From NCBI GenBank assembly GCA_963803805.1, contig CAWDOD010000011.1:288001-352000 (forward strand): a stretch of 64,000 nt of DNA, written 5' to 3'. The translations under genes and the position numbers were made by a program. The notes beneath the pieces were generated by a model that did no database searches, was not told where the DNA came from, and was given only the letters and a program-made list of their open reading frames with translations. This document shows, piece by piece, positions 9,774-20,199 of this stretch (position 1 is its first letter; each line of letters starts with the position of its first letter). The stretch is from an uncultured cyanobacterium (lineage in GTDB: Bacteria; Cyanobacteriota; Cyanobacteriia; Cyanobacteriales; CAWCAG01).

Positions 9774-10790
9774 TCAATTGACAAAGCTATTGCTATAACG
9801 ACGGCTAGCAACTGTGTATTCAACATTATTTAAAACTGATTGCCAAACTTGATAACCTTGGGAACTTAAGTGAATACCATCAGTAGTTAAATCTCTACGC
9901 ATCTGACCTTGAGAATCCGTAAAATAGGGATGAAGATCAAGATAACTAGCCCCTTCTTCTTGAGCAATATCACGAACTTGTTGATTAAGATAAAGAATGC
10001 GAGAGTTAGGAATAGCCTCAAGGCGAGTAGGCAAAATTGACTGGACAACCACTTCTGCCTGGGGGTGATTTTGCTTAATGCGACGGACAATTAAACGAGT
10101 ATTGTTGAGAATTGTCCAATTAGTTGCTCCTTGCCGCAAATCATTAATCCCCGCCATCACATAAATGGTTTCAGGATTAGTTTGAGCGAAAGTAGAAACT
10201 CGTTGCAGAATTTGAGTAGAATTTTCTCCTGAAATACCTTGATTGAGCCATAACTTCCCCCCAGGTAAAAGCTGACTGGGGAACCAAAGACTCAAAGAAT
10301 CTCCCACCAAAACCCCTAAACGATTAGAACCTTGACCTTTAGATAAAGCCCTAGCTTCTTGCCCTAAAAGTTGTTTCCATTGTTGGTGAGTTGGTTGTTT
10401 TGTTGCCCTAGCCCAATCTGAATAGAAGCTATTGCCATTCAAGCGAGTATAAAGTTTTCCTGCTTTCAAAGCTGCCAGTCTTAACTGATATAACTGCGAA
10501 CCAGAAGTTGGACTAACTTCTGAGAGCAGGGAAGACTGAGAAGGATTTAGTTGCGGTTTCATTAGTAGCTGCGACCTTGATGAGCTAAACTCCGGCTGAC
10601 TATTTTCAATACTAGGAATAGTTTGTTGTTGAGCTAGAGAAAGAGAGACACTAGCTTCACTGACATCAAAAGCGCTCAAAAAGTTGCTTAGGGGGTTTTC
10701 TGGGAGAGGGGGAGGAGGAGGAACCTGTCCTGTGGCTAACAAAGTGATGGCTAGCAAAGAAGGATCGCTCATTTGATGACTCCATGACAA
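9774..10790 (-). CDS. SGNH/GDSL hydrolase
   Basis: GDSL, NQGISG, GIND, DGIH blocks. Confidence 0.88.
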   Translation of the reverse strand: MSWSHQMSDPSLLAITLLATGQVPPPPPLPENPLSNFLSAFDVSEASVSLSLAQQQTIPSIENSQPEFSSSRSQLLMKPQLNPSQSSLLSEVSPTSGSQLYQLRLAALKAGKLYTRLNGNSFYSDWARATKQPTHQQWKQLLGQEARALSKGQGSNRLGVLVGDSLSLWFPSQLLPGGKLWLNQGISGENSTQILQRVSTFAQTNPETIYVMAGINDLRQGATNWTILNNTRLIVRRIKQNHPQAEVVVQSILPTRLEAIPNSRILYLNQQVRDIAQEEGASYLDLHPYFTDSQGQMRRDLTTDGIHLSSQGYQVWQSVLNNVEYTVASRRYSNSFVN

Positions 10791-10965
10791 TATCCTTTTA
10801 CTTTGACAGCGACTTGAAGATGATTTCAGGAATTTTTGTCTGATTAAAATCCGTCAGGAGATGACTTGCACCTAGGGCAGTGTTACTTGATTTCTGTAAA
10901 AAAATTGTAAAGTAATGAGGAAACAGATAAATTTTGCCCAACAAACGGCTTATCTAACTGCCTAA

Positions 10966-12360
10966 ATGAACTTAATTACTTCAAACCCTTACGAACTTTT
11001 CAACCATCACCCTGTTTATACCCTAGCTACAGCAACAGAATCCCCAGAAGCAAATGGAACTCTTGTATTAGCGGGGGTATTGCTTAGTTTAGTGATAATT
11101 TACTTCGCTAGTAAATTAGGGGGGGAAATTTGCGATCGCATCAACTTACCGCCTGTTCTAGGAGAATTAGTTGGCGGTGTTTTAGTTGGTATTTCCGTCT
11201 TTAAGTTACTTGTGTTCCCAGAAGGCGGCACAGAAGCTGGTGACTCCCTACTAATGATCTTCTTGCAGAAAACCGCAGGCATGACCCTAGAAGAAACTCC
11301 TGCTGTCTTTGCTAGTCAGAGTGAAGTGATTTCTGTTTTATCAGAATTAGGGGTAATCATTCTTCTGTTTGAGATTGGCTTAGAATCTGATCTCAAAGAC
11401 TTGATTGAAGCTGGAACCCAAGCGGCTATTGTGGCTGTAGTCGGGGTTGTTGCCCCTTTCACCCTGGGTACAGCCGGTTTAATTTACCTTTTCAATGTTC
11501 CTATCGTACCAGCCATCTTCGCCGGAGCAGCCCTAACAGCAACCAGTATTGGTATCACCGCTAAAGTCCTAGCAGAAATTGGCCGCCTCTCCACCAAAGA
11601 AGGACAAATTATTATTGGGGCTGCGGTTCTAGATGATGTTCTTGGTATCATTATCCTCGCAGTAGTTACTAGTTTGGCCAAAACCGGAGAAGTTCAAGTT
11701 AGTAACATTATCTATTTAATCCTTAGTGCCGGAGCTTTTCTCATTGGAGCAATTTTCATTGGTCGCTTCCTTAATCCTTTTTTCGTCGGACTAGTGAACG
11801 GCATGAAAACCCGTGGCCAATTACTCCTGGTATCCCTGATTTTCGCATTCAGCTTGTCTTACATAGCCACAGCCATTCATCTAGAAGCTATCTTGGGTGC
11901 TTTTGCGGCAGGCTTAGTGTTAGCAGAAACAGAGAAACGCAGGGAATTAGAGGAACAAGTAATTCCTATTGCTGATCTTTTTGTACCAATTTTCTTTGTT
12001 TGTGTAGGAGCCAAAACAGATTTAAGTGTCCTCAACCCCGCCGTACCTAGTAACCGCGAAGGATTAATTATTGCTGCTTTCCTGATCGTTGTTGCCATCT
12101 TCGGCAAAGTTATTACAGGTTTTACCGTAATCGGGCCCGAAAAACTTAATAAGCTGGCTATTGGTGTTGGTATGATTCCGAGAGGAGAAGTAGGGCTAGT
12201 GTTTGCTGGGGTTGGCTCTGCTAGTGGGGCTTTATCTGAATCTACCGAAGCCGCAATTATCATGATGGTTATTTTAACCACTTTTGTGGCACCTCCTTTT
12301 TTAAGATTGGTATTTAAAGAACCATCAACAGAGGAAGCCGTCAGCAAAGAAAAAGCTTAA
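10966..12360 (+). CDS. nhaS3: Na+/H+ antiporter (CPA2, NhaS3-like)
   Basis: Multi-TM; ATSIGIT, AAVLDDVLG, GMIPRGEVGL. Confidence 0.85.
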   Translation: MNLITSNPYELFNHHPVYTLATATESPEANGTLVLAGVLLSLVIIYFASKLGGEICDRINLPPVLGELVGGVLVGISVFKLLVFPEGGTEAGDSLLMIFLQKTAGMTLEETPAVFASQSEVISVLSELGVIILLFEIGLESDLKDLIEAGTQAAIVAVVGVVAPFTLGTAGLIYLFNVPIVPAIFAGAALTATSIGITAKVLAEIGRLSTKEGQIIIGAAVLDDVLGIIILAVVTSLAKTGEVQVSNIIYLILSAGAFLIGAIFIGRFLNPFFVGLVNGMKTRGQLLLVSLIFAFSLSYIATAIHLEAILGAFAAGLVLAETEKRRELEEQVIPIADLFVPIFFVCVGAKTDLSVLNPAVPSNREGLIIAAFLIVVAIFGKVITGFTVIGPEKLNKLAIGVGMIPRGEVGLVFAGVGSASGALSESTEAAIIMMVILTTFVAPPFLRLVFKEPSTEEAVSKEKA

Positions 12361-12380
12361 ATCACCTCTGGTTAACAAAT

Positions 12381-12402
12381 GCCAGGGAGATATTTCCCTG
12401 GC
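12381..12402 (+). terminator. Hairpin after antiporter gene
   Basis: GCCAGGGAGA-TA-TTTCCCTGGC followed by TCTT. Confidence 0.6.
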
Positions 12403-12666
12403 TCTTAATCAAAACATTGAAACTTGATTATTTTTTCCACGTCCGGTGATCTTACACCCTCAAACCCATAGTCACAGGTTGTATGATATCTTTCACAGAA
12501 TAATCCCCCCTACTCCCTGAAATAAGGGCGAGTTTATGAGTATTTCTGATTATCTCTTAGATTGACCTCGAACCCGCCCCCACATTGCCCTAACCTAACC
12601 GATAACTTTTGCAACTAAACACCGATCTGGATATTTAGATACATTTCTATTGAGGAAAGATTAATT

Positions 12667-14493
12667 GTGAGACTTCGCTGGCTAGCACTAACTATTCTGA
12701 GTATTTTAATTTACTGTACTCCTGCTGAAGCAGGAAGACTATTACGTGCAAATTTCGATGCTCGGACAAGACAACTAAATTTTATTACTAACGAAGGGGT
12801 TCAACCTACTGCTAAGCTTATTTCCAATCCGACTCGTTTAATTATTGACTTACCCGGTACAAGTTTAGGAGGAACAACTAAAAACGAGAATTTAGGTGGT
12901 GCAATCCGCAGTTGGCGTATAGGTCAATTTGATGAGGGAACTACTCGTATCGTTATTGAACTGGCTCCTGGCTACACTATGGACCCAGAACAGATTAAAA
13001 TTCGAGGCGCTTCACCAACTCAATGGTCAGCCGAGTTACCAACACCTCAAAGGGAACAAACCCCAACGACACCACCACCAACGACTAATAACCCTAATCC
13101 TCCTGATAATCTACCTCCCAATCCCCCTCCTTCTGACAATGGCACAGCAGGATGGCAAATTTATAATTTTCAAGAAACAGAAAATGGCTTTTTCCTCCGG
13201 GCTAGGGGCAACGAAAAACCCCAAAGACCTCGGATTCTACGCAGTCGTGACCAGCGTAGAATTGAGATTGAAATAGAAGGGGCAACCCTTGATGCTCGCC
13301 TCAAAGACCAAACTTTAAATGTTGGTCGCTTTGGAGTCAATCAAATTCGCTTCACCCAAGAGAATGACAAAGTTCGCTTGACTTTAAATGTAGATCGAGA
13401 TGCTCCAGATTGGATAGCCGTTTATAGCGATTTAGGGGGAGTTGTTCTCGTTCCTAGGGGGGTTTCTTTTTCCGAATCGGAACCAGTTTCTGCCATAGAA
13501 ATTTCTACCTCCGAATCAGAAGTTATTCCTGTTAGGGAAATTCCGACGCAAATTCCTGAAACTCCTACCCAAGAAAAATTAACTACTATTCAAGGACTAG
13601 AACTCAATCTCAGCAACACTCAACTCCTAGTTCTCGCTGATGGCCCTGTACAAGCTAGCAGTCGCTGGAATAGCAGTGCCGGGGTTTATGAAATTACTAT
13701 ACCCAATGCTCAAGTTGCCTCCCAGCCTAATGCTCCTCAATTAGGTTCTAATAGTCCCATCGCTCGCATACGACTGCGTAATAAAGACGAAAAAACCGTC
13801 GTCATTTTAATCCAACCGGCTTCTGACACTCAAATTGGCGAACTTAATCAGCTTAGCGAACAAGTATTAGCTTTAGAGCTACGTTCTGCCCCTATTCGTC
13901 CTCCTAGTAATACTCAACCCCAAATTCCTCTACCCACAGTTCCCCAAGGCACAACTCTGGTTGCTGTCGATCCTGGCCATGGAGGTAAAGATCCTGGCGC
14001 AATTGGTATTAGCGGTTTGCGAGAAAAAGAGGTGATTTTACCTATTGCGAGGGAAATTGCTCAATACTTAGAACAGCAAGGTGTCCGTACGTTAATGACC
14101 CGCTCCGATGATACCTTTGTTAGTCTCCAAGGAAGGACTGATTTAGCTAACCGGGCTGGGGCTGACCTATTTGTCAGTATTCACGCTAACTCCATCAGTC
14201 TAGACCGCCCCGATGTTAATGGTTTAGAAACCTATTACTACAGTAGCGGTCAGCAATTGGCCCAAACTATCCATCGCAGCATACTCCAAAATGTTGATAT
14301 TGCAGATCGCGGAGTTCGTTCCGCCAGATTTTATGTTCTCCGTAATTCTGCCATGCCTTCAGTACTAGTAGAAGTAGGCTTTGTTACCGGTAGAGTCGAT
14401 GCTGACAACCTTTCTAACCCAAACTTTCGTAGTCAAATGGCGGCGGCGATCGCTCGCGGTGTTTTAGAGTACATTCAACAATATCGGCTTTAG
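12667..14493 (+). CDS. amiC: N-acetylmuramoyl-L-alanine amidase with AMIN domains
   Basis: Signal peptide, PTRLIIDLPG AMIN motif, DPGHGGKDPGA, FVSIHAN, LVEVGF. Confidence 0.92.
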   Translation: MRLRWLALTILSILIYCTPAEAGRLLRANFDARTRQLNFITNEGVQPTAKLISNPTRLIIDLPGTSLGGTTKNENLGGAIRSWRIGQFDEGTTRIVIELAPGYTMDPEQIKIRGASPTQWSAELPTPQREQTPTTPPPTTNNPNPPDNLPPNPPPSDNGTAGWQIYNFQETENGFFLRARGNEKPQRPRILRSRDQRRIEIEIEGATLDARLKDQTLNVGRFGVNQIRFTQENDKVRLTLNVDRDAPDWIAVYSDLGGVVLVPRGVSFSESEPVSAIEISTSESEVIPVREIPTQIPETPTQEKLTTIQGLELNLSNTQLLVLADGPVQASSRWNSSAGVYEITIPNAQVASQPNAPQLGSNSPIARIRLRNKDEKTVVILIQPASDTQIGELNQLSEQVLALELRSAPIRPPSNTQPQIPLPTVPQGTTLVAVDPGHGGKDPGAIGISGLREKEVILPIAREIAQYLEQQGVRTLMTRSDDTFVSLQGRTDLANRAGADLFVSIHANSISLDRPDVNGLETYYYSSGQQLAQTIHRSILQNVDIADRGVRSARFYVLRNSAMPSVLVEVGFVTGRVDADNLSNPNFRSQMAAAIARGVLEYIQQYRL

Positions 14494-14560
14494 GTATATT
14501 TTCTTTACTCCCATGCTAGTGTAGCTCTTATCAGTTTTTTACGACCTAAATCCTTATTTT

Positions 14561-15403
14561 ATGAATCAATTGAAACCTAGTCCCATTGGTGTTTTTGACA
14601 GTGGAGTCGGCGGATTGACTGTGTTACGAGAACTTAATCGCCAACTACCTAATGAATCAATTCTTTATTTTGGCGATACTGCCAGATTGCCTTATGGCAC
14701 ACGTTCCCAAGCAGAAATTTTGCAATTTGTGCGGGAGATTCTCACTTGGATGAAGGATGAAGGAGCAAAAATGGTGATTATGGCTTGTAACACTAGTTCT
14801 GCTCTTGCTCTAAATACAGTACGTTCTGAGTTTGAGCTACCAATTTTAGGTATTGTCTTACCAGGTGCCAGAGCCGCTATTGAACAGCAAGGGAAACGTA
14901 TCGGTGTTATTGCTACTCCTGCGACTGCTGCTAGTAACGCCTACCGTAATGCGATTTTAGAAGCTGCTCCTACTACTCAAGTTTGGCAGATGGGTTGTCC
15001 GGAATTTGTGCCGATTGTTGAACAAGGGCGCATCAATGAGCCTTATACCAAAGAAGTGGCAAGAAAATATTTAGCACCTTTATTAGAACAGCAAATTGAT
15101 ACTTTAGTCTACGGTTGTACCCACTATCCTCATTTAGCCCCCATTTTGAGTTCGCTCCTACCTCCTTCAGTTCGATTAATAAATCCTGCTATCTCTGTAG
15201 TTAAAGCGGCTGAACAAGAACTGGAACTCTTAGGTTTAAAAAGCACTCTAACTTCTCCCCCCACTCAATTTTGCGTGAGTGGGGAACCTCAACAGTTTGC
15301 TCAACTTTCTCACCGCTTACTGGGCTATACTCCCTTTGTCAAACAAATCTACCTTACTAAGCAGGCATCAACTATAGCAATGCCTTTAGAAAAGGTAGAT
15401 TAG
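14561..15403 (+). CDS. murI: Glutamate racemase
   Basis: FDSGVGGLTV, ACNTSS, GCTHYP. Confidence 0.97.
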   Translation: MNQLKPSPIGVFDSGVGGLTVLRELNRQLPNESILYFGDTARLPYGTRSQAEILQFVREILTWMKDEGAKMVIMACNTSSALALNTVRSEFELPILGIVLPGARAAIEQQGKRIGVIATPATAASNAYRNAILEAAPTTQVWQMGCPEFVPIVEQGRINEPYTKEVARKYLAPLLEQQIDTLVYGCTHYPHLAPILSSLLPPSVRLINPAISVVKAAEQELELLGLKSTLTSPPTQFCVSGEPQQFAQLSHRLLGYTPFVKQIYLTKQASTIAMPLEKVD

Positions 15404-16287
15404 GTTTTAATTTATTTGGTGAGTAGTTTAGTTGATTAATTAACTAAATTTCGTATCACGAGATGGTGCAGGCGTTCCTTTTAAGGGACGCTGCGCCAAT
15501 GTCAACAGTAAATAAACTGTTAGCAAGTAACCAGATGCAACAACTAGAATCATCACTTATATATCTCCGTAACTCATAGAAGGTGGAACTTTAGATAACA
15601 CAAAATAAGGTAAGTATTTACCTGATATCAGCTCAAATTTAGGTACAACAGCGCTGGCCTGAAAGTATTACTGCTTGCAGGTAACTAAAAAGGTATATAA
15701 GGTTTGAGCTGAAAAACCTGCTGCTATTGCTGAGCTAGCAGATATTAAGAGTTTTGGTATGACTTAATCTAGAACTCCCTAAGAAATGATATTTGAGTTG
15801 TTCCAGTTACTAATTAAACTCAAGGTGTAGAAAAACAACAGCTACTCATCAATGATAAGATTCATAGCAATCTACTCCTGTAGCACAACCAAGATCATTT
15901 TTAGTTCGTCCTGAAGTCTTTTGATCGTAAGCTTATAGACTCACTCTAGCTAAACCCCAAATCTCATAAAACCTATTTTAAGAATTATCAGATATGGGAA
16001 ACATAACTTCAACTTGACTTAGCTTATTTGCGCCAGGTAAAAATACTGACTGCTTTTCTTCTAAATCGCTAATCTATAAACGAACAAAACCCTTACTATT
16101 AAACTAACACAATATTGCTTAGTATTAAAGGGTTTTTGCCAATTAATTTTCTAGATCCATACAATTACTTATGAGATGTTTAGCACTCTATTTCTAGACT
16201 AAGGCTTCCCTCTCAGGAAACCATGGCTTAGAATAAATTAAAGGATATGTAAACTTTCGTAAATACTGCGCCCAATTTGGCTAACCC

Positions 16288-17259
16288 ATGACCTCAGTTA
16301 CCTCTCTTTTTGCCCCTGTTGATGCAGACCTGTGTATCCTGACAGAGAACCTTAAAAAATTAGTGGGTGCGCGACACCCCATTCTCTACGCCGCAGCAGA
16401 ACATTTATTTGGGGCGGGAGGGAAACGAGTCAGGCCAGCAATTGTTTTGTTAGTGTCGCGAGCTACTTTATTGGAGGGCGAACTCACCCAACGCCACCGA
16501 CGATTGGCCGAAATCACTGAAATGATTCACACAGCTAGTCTAGTCCATGATGATGTAGTAGATAGATCAGATATTCGTCGCAGTGTACCTACGGTTAATA
16601 GTTTGTTTGATAACCGCATTGCAGTCTTAGCCGGAGATTTCTTATTTGCTCAATCTTCGTGGTACTTAGCTAACTTAGATAACCTAGCTGTAGTAAAACT
16701 ACTCTCAGAAGTGATTAAGAATTTTGCGGAAGGAGAAATTCAACAAAGTTTGAGTCGCTTTGATATTGGCTTATCCTTAGAAGCTTATTTAGAAAAAAGC
16801 TATTACAAAACCGCTTCCTTAATTGCCAACAGTGCTAAAGCGGCTGGACTTTTGAGCGGGGTATCTGAAGAAATGGCTGATAGTATTTATAACTACGGCA
16901 AGCATTTTGGTTTAGCCTTCCAAATAGTTGACGATATTTTAGATTTCACCGCTTCAACAGAAGTACTGGGTAAGCCAGTAGGTTCGGATTTAATTAGTGG
17001 CAATATTACGGCTCCGGTATTATATGCTATAGAAGAAAAACCTTACTTAAAAGTCCTAATTGAGCGAGAGTTTAGCCAAGATGGAGATATAGAACAAGCC
17101 CTTTCCTTAGTTAAAGAAAGCCAAGGTATAGAACGTTCTCGCGAACTAGCGGCCCATCATGCTTGTTCAGCAGCCCAGTGTATTGCGACTTTAAAACCTT
17201 CGCCATCTCGTGAAACCCTGATCGAAATAACTGATTATATTTTGAGTAGGATGTATTAG
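16288..17259 (+). CDS. sds: Solanesyl diphosphate synthase
   Basis: GGKRVRP, LVHDDVVD, FQIVDDILD. Confidence 0.92.
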   Translation: MTSVTSLFAPVDADLCILTENLKKLVGARHPILYAAAEHLFGAGGKRVRPAIVLLVSRATLLEGELTQRHRRLAEITEMIHTASLVHDDVVDRSDIRRSVPTVNSLFDNRIAVLAGDFLFAQSSWYLANLDNLAVVKLLSEVIKNFAEGEIQQSLSRFDIGLSLEAYLEKSYYKTASLIANSAKAAGLLSGVSEEMADSIYNYGKHFGLAFQIVDDILDFTASTEVLGKPVGSDLISGNITAPVLYAIEEKPYLKVLIEREFSQDGDIEQALSLVKESQGIERSRELAAHHACSAAQCIATLKPSPSRETLIEITDYILSRMY

Positions 17260-17318
17260 AGTAGACCTTTAATTTTCACAACTTAAAATTGTGACTCTTT
17301 TCTGCTCCCTTTACTAAA

Positions 17319-17795
17319 TCAAGCAATATCTGGTGGTAAACTATTAGGATTTGCCCTGAATTGCTTTAACTGGGCTTGTATTAGTTTTTGTAGGTCTGTA
17401 CGACGAACCTCAACTCCAGCAGATAAATTACTTGGTGTTTCTACAAAAACCGTACTATCTGCCTTCTCAATAGCAAACATTTGGAACAAAATGTGAGTAA
17501 CCGGTACTGGGGAAGCTATAACTTGAGGATCACAAGTTCCTTGAAAACTAGCAGCATCTTTGAGGGTTGCAAAAGCATAGATGACGTTTTTTTCCAATGA
17601 TTGTTGGGCGCGATTACTCAAAGTAGTTAATACCCACTCTCCATCTATGGTCTGGAGAACGTAATATTCTAAATGTTTGAGTTGACTAGCAAAAGCTTTG
17701 AGAATGGGAGCAATAGCCACTTCCATAACCTGGGGAGTCAAACCATCAGCGGGGGCATTTTCGACTAAAAGGGCAATTTGTTGTTCTAACTCCAT
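17319..17795 (-). CDS. Conserved cyanobacterial hypothetical protein divergent from hetZ
   Basis: Clean 158-aa ORF; position between sds and hetZ. Confidence 0.7.
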   Translation of the reverse strand: MELEQQIALLVENAPADGLTPQVMEVAIAPILKAFASQLKHLEYYVLQTIDGEWVLTTLSNRAQQSLEKNVIYAFATLKDAASFQGTCDPQVIASPVPVTHILFQMFAIEKADSTVFVETPSNLSAGVEVRRTDLQKLIQAQLKQFRANPNSLPPDIA

Positions 17796-17919
17796 TGTTT
17801 TTCTCTTTTATTAGTTATTGGGACTAAATTTATTGTGAGCCTAAACCAGGTTAAAAGGTTAACCTTCTGTGCTAGTGTCGTTGTTGAACATTAATCCTTA
17901 GAAGGAAATCTGCCAGCGC

Positions 17920-19061
17920 GTGGAGGTAATTTTTCAACTGCTATTCAGTAAATTCCGGCAATCGACTAAAGCTTCAGAGCAAAACTGTCGATCTGTTGCC
18001 GAACGTATTGCCAATGAAGTAGCGAGAATTTGTCAGCAAAGCTCTCGCATTCAAGCTTCTGGCGAAATAGAAAACTGGGCCAAAAATTAGCTAACCATCG
18101 CTTAGAACAGTGCCTGCATTACTATGGCTTAGGTTCTAATCGAGGCAGAATCGAATTACAGAGTACCTTGAGTGCCATTATCTACCGCTACATTTCTCCT
18201 CCAGGTGCGATCGCCAGCTATCAAGCGAGATTGACTTTAATTGAAGACTTTTTACAAGGTTTTTATGCAGAAGCTTTGAATGCTTTTAGGCGAGAGGCAG
18301 AACTTCAAGAACAATACTCTCCTCGTACTCTTTTGGAACTTGGGGAATATATGGCCTTTTGCGAACGCTATGGCAAAAGGCGTATTCCTTTACCAGGGAA
18401 ACGCTCTCAACAGTTAATTATCCTACGGGCCCAAACCTTTTCTCAACAACAACCTAGCGAAGCATCAGTGGATATTGATGCGGCTGGGGATGGAGGGAGT
18501 TTAGACTCTAATCGAGGTTGGAATGACCCCACAGTCCAGCAACTAAGGGAAGTCATGGTAGAACAAGAATCTACCCCTTTAGAGGCGAATTTGCGGGAAA
18601 AGATTATTGAGGAGTTAATTGCTTACCTAGAAGAAAAGCAACAAAACGAGTGTATAAACTACTTTGTTTTGCGCTTGCAAGACCTTAGTGCCAATGAAAT
18701 TGAGCAAATTTTAGGGCTAACTCCCAGAAAAAGGGATTACTTACAGCAGCGCTTTAAGTACCATCTTATTCGTTTTGCCCTTTCCCATCGCTGGGAACTA
18801 GTGCATCAATGGTTAGAAGCTGATTTAGAACGTAATTTGGGTTTAACCCCCCAAAAGTGGGAAATTCTCACCGAGAAACTAAGCCCTACTCAAACTGAGC
18901 TATTGCGACTTAAACAATTAGAAACCCCTACAGCAGAAATTGCCAAGGAACTATCCTTAACAGTAAATCAAGCTGAGAAACAGTGGTTCAAATTACTCGA
19001 ACTCGCTTGGGACATTCGTAATCGTTCAGTATCCGGATCGGACGCATCTCCAGATGAATAG
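17920..19061 (+). CDS. hetZ: HetZ-like protein, frameshifted in the A5 run at 18082-18086
   Basis: GTG 17920 frame gives VEVIFQLLFSKFRQSTKASEQNC..RIQASG; second frame continues LANHRLEQC..GRIELQSTLSAIIYRY..FKYHL.RF; one extra A joins them. Confidence 0.8.
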
Positions 19062-20097
19062 TGACATGAATGAAAACTCGGATTTTCTGTATAACCAAAT
19101 ACTAAGCTGGTTAACTGAAGAATCTAATTCAGACCAATCGTCACCTCAAGGTGGCGAACCAAATCAAGTTGATTCTGCCGAAGAATCAATTGCAGACGGG
19201 GAAATTGAGCAGTTAAATGACCTAGACAGAGGACAAAATAAAGAGCAATCTTTACCTTCTGGTTCCAAAAAACCAACTCAATCCTCTCAAAAACTCGACA
19301 TGGGAGATACAACACAAGTGAAAAACCGTTTCCAATCGCTTTTAAAGCGCAAATTACTAGCCGAAATAGAAAGTCACCCACCTTTGTTTCCTTGGGAGAC
19401 AGAAAATTCTAGCTATGAATCCGAAAGTAGTGACTCTGTGATCAATAACTTAGTTCCTTTCCAAAGATTGTGGATGCCCCAACTAAGTAATTTAGGATTA
19501 CCTAAAAAGATCCTTGTTCAGTTGTTAGATGCTTGTTCAACTGCTATGCAATCCCACAGGCCTGAAGGGGCTAAAATGGTACAAGCTGTTAGTGCTTTAT
19601 TTCCTAAGCAGTTTCAGTCCCTTAACCAAATGGCTGGAATTGTCTTACTAAGCAGCCCTGCTCGCGGTACAGAATTGGATTTACCTTCAAGGGATTATGA
19701 TACAGCGACAACTCAGCAACAAATGGCCATGTCTTTAATTGCTGCTAGGGAAATTATTAATAATCTCACCATTAATCTTTCTCCTAATCAGCCCTCAGTG
19801 GAACGTCAGTGGCAAACTACAGTTGGTTTAGTTGGTTTGGAAGCTGAGTATCAATCTGCAAAAGAAGAGGGTTCTGTCTCTTCTAAGGCATCTTTGAGGG
19901 TTAATGTTAGGCTTCCTAAAGGAGGTAGTGTGACTTTACAGACACCCCAAGAATCGGCCAAGGCTGAACGTACCTACCCTGGACATCTCAGTGTAGAGTT
20001 GTTTGACTGGCAACCAGGACAAATCTACTCCTTAGAAATTCGTTTGTTTGATCCAGACCAAACTCCTTTAAACTTTGTTTTAGCAATTAGTGAATAG
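19054..20097 (+). CDS. patU: PatU-like protein
   Basis: Overlaps hetZ stop; RFQSLLKRKL..EI...PPLFPWE and QQQMAMSLIAAREI motifs. Confidence 0.7.
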   Translation: MNSDMNENSDFLYNQILSWLTEESNSDQSSPQGGEPNQVDSAEESIADGEIEQLNDLDRGQNKEQSLPSGSKKPTQSSQKLDMGDTTQVKNRFQSLLKRKLLAEIESHPPLFPWETENSSYESESSDSVINNLVPFQRLWMPQLSNLGLPKKILVQLLDACSTAMQSHRPEGAKMVQAVSALFPKQFQSLNQMAGIVLLSSPARGTELDLPSRDYDTATTQQQMAMSLIAAREIINNLTINLSPNQPSVERQWQTTVGLVGLEAEYQSAKEEGSVSSKASLRVNVRLPKGGSVTLQTPQESAKAERTYPGHLSVELFDWQPGQIYSLEIRLFDPDQTPLNFVLAISE

Positions 20098-20199
20098 TTT
20101 TCTGGGCAGTTACAGGTTAAAAATAGGGAAGGTTGAAAGGTACGAAGAATAATTTGTACCCTGTAACTTATAGACCTTTTAAAGCTGCAACTGCGACCT

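Noticed and set aside
12482-12497. TATGA-N6-TCACA upstream of amiC as a CRP site
   Set aside because: Mismatch falls on a key G and there is no supporting promoter context
17837-17851. Possible HetR site upstream of hetZ (GAGCCTAAACC)
   Set aside because: Too degenerate relative to GGG-N5-CCC
18030-18086. ORF-track N-terminus MSAKLSHSSFW for hetZ
   Set aside because: Artefact of the frameshift; the HetZ-like N-terminus is in the frame starting at 17920
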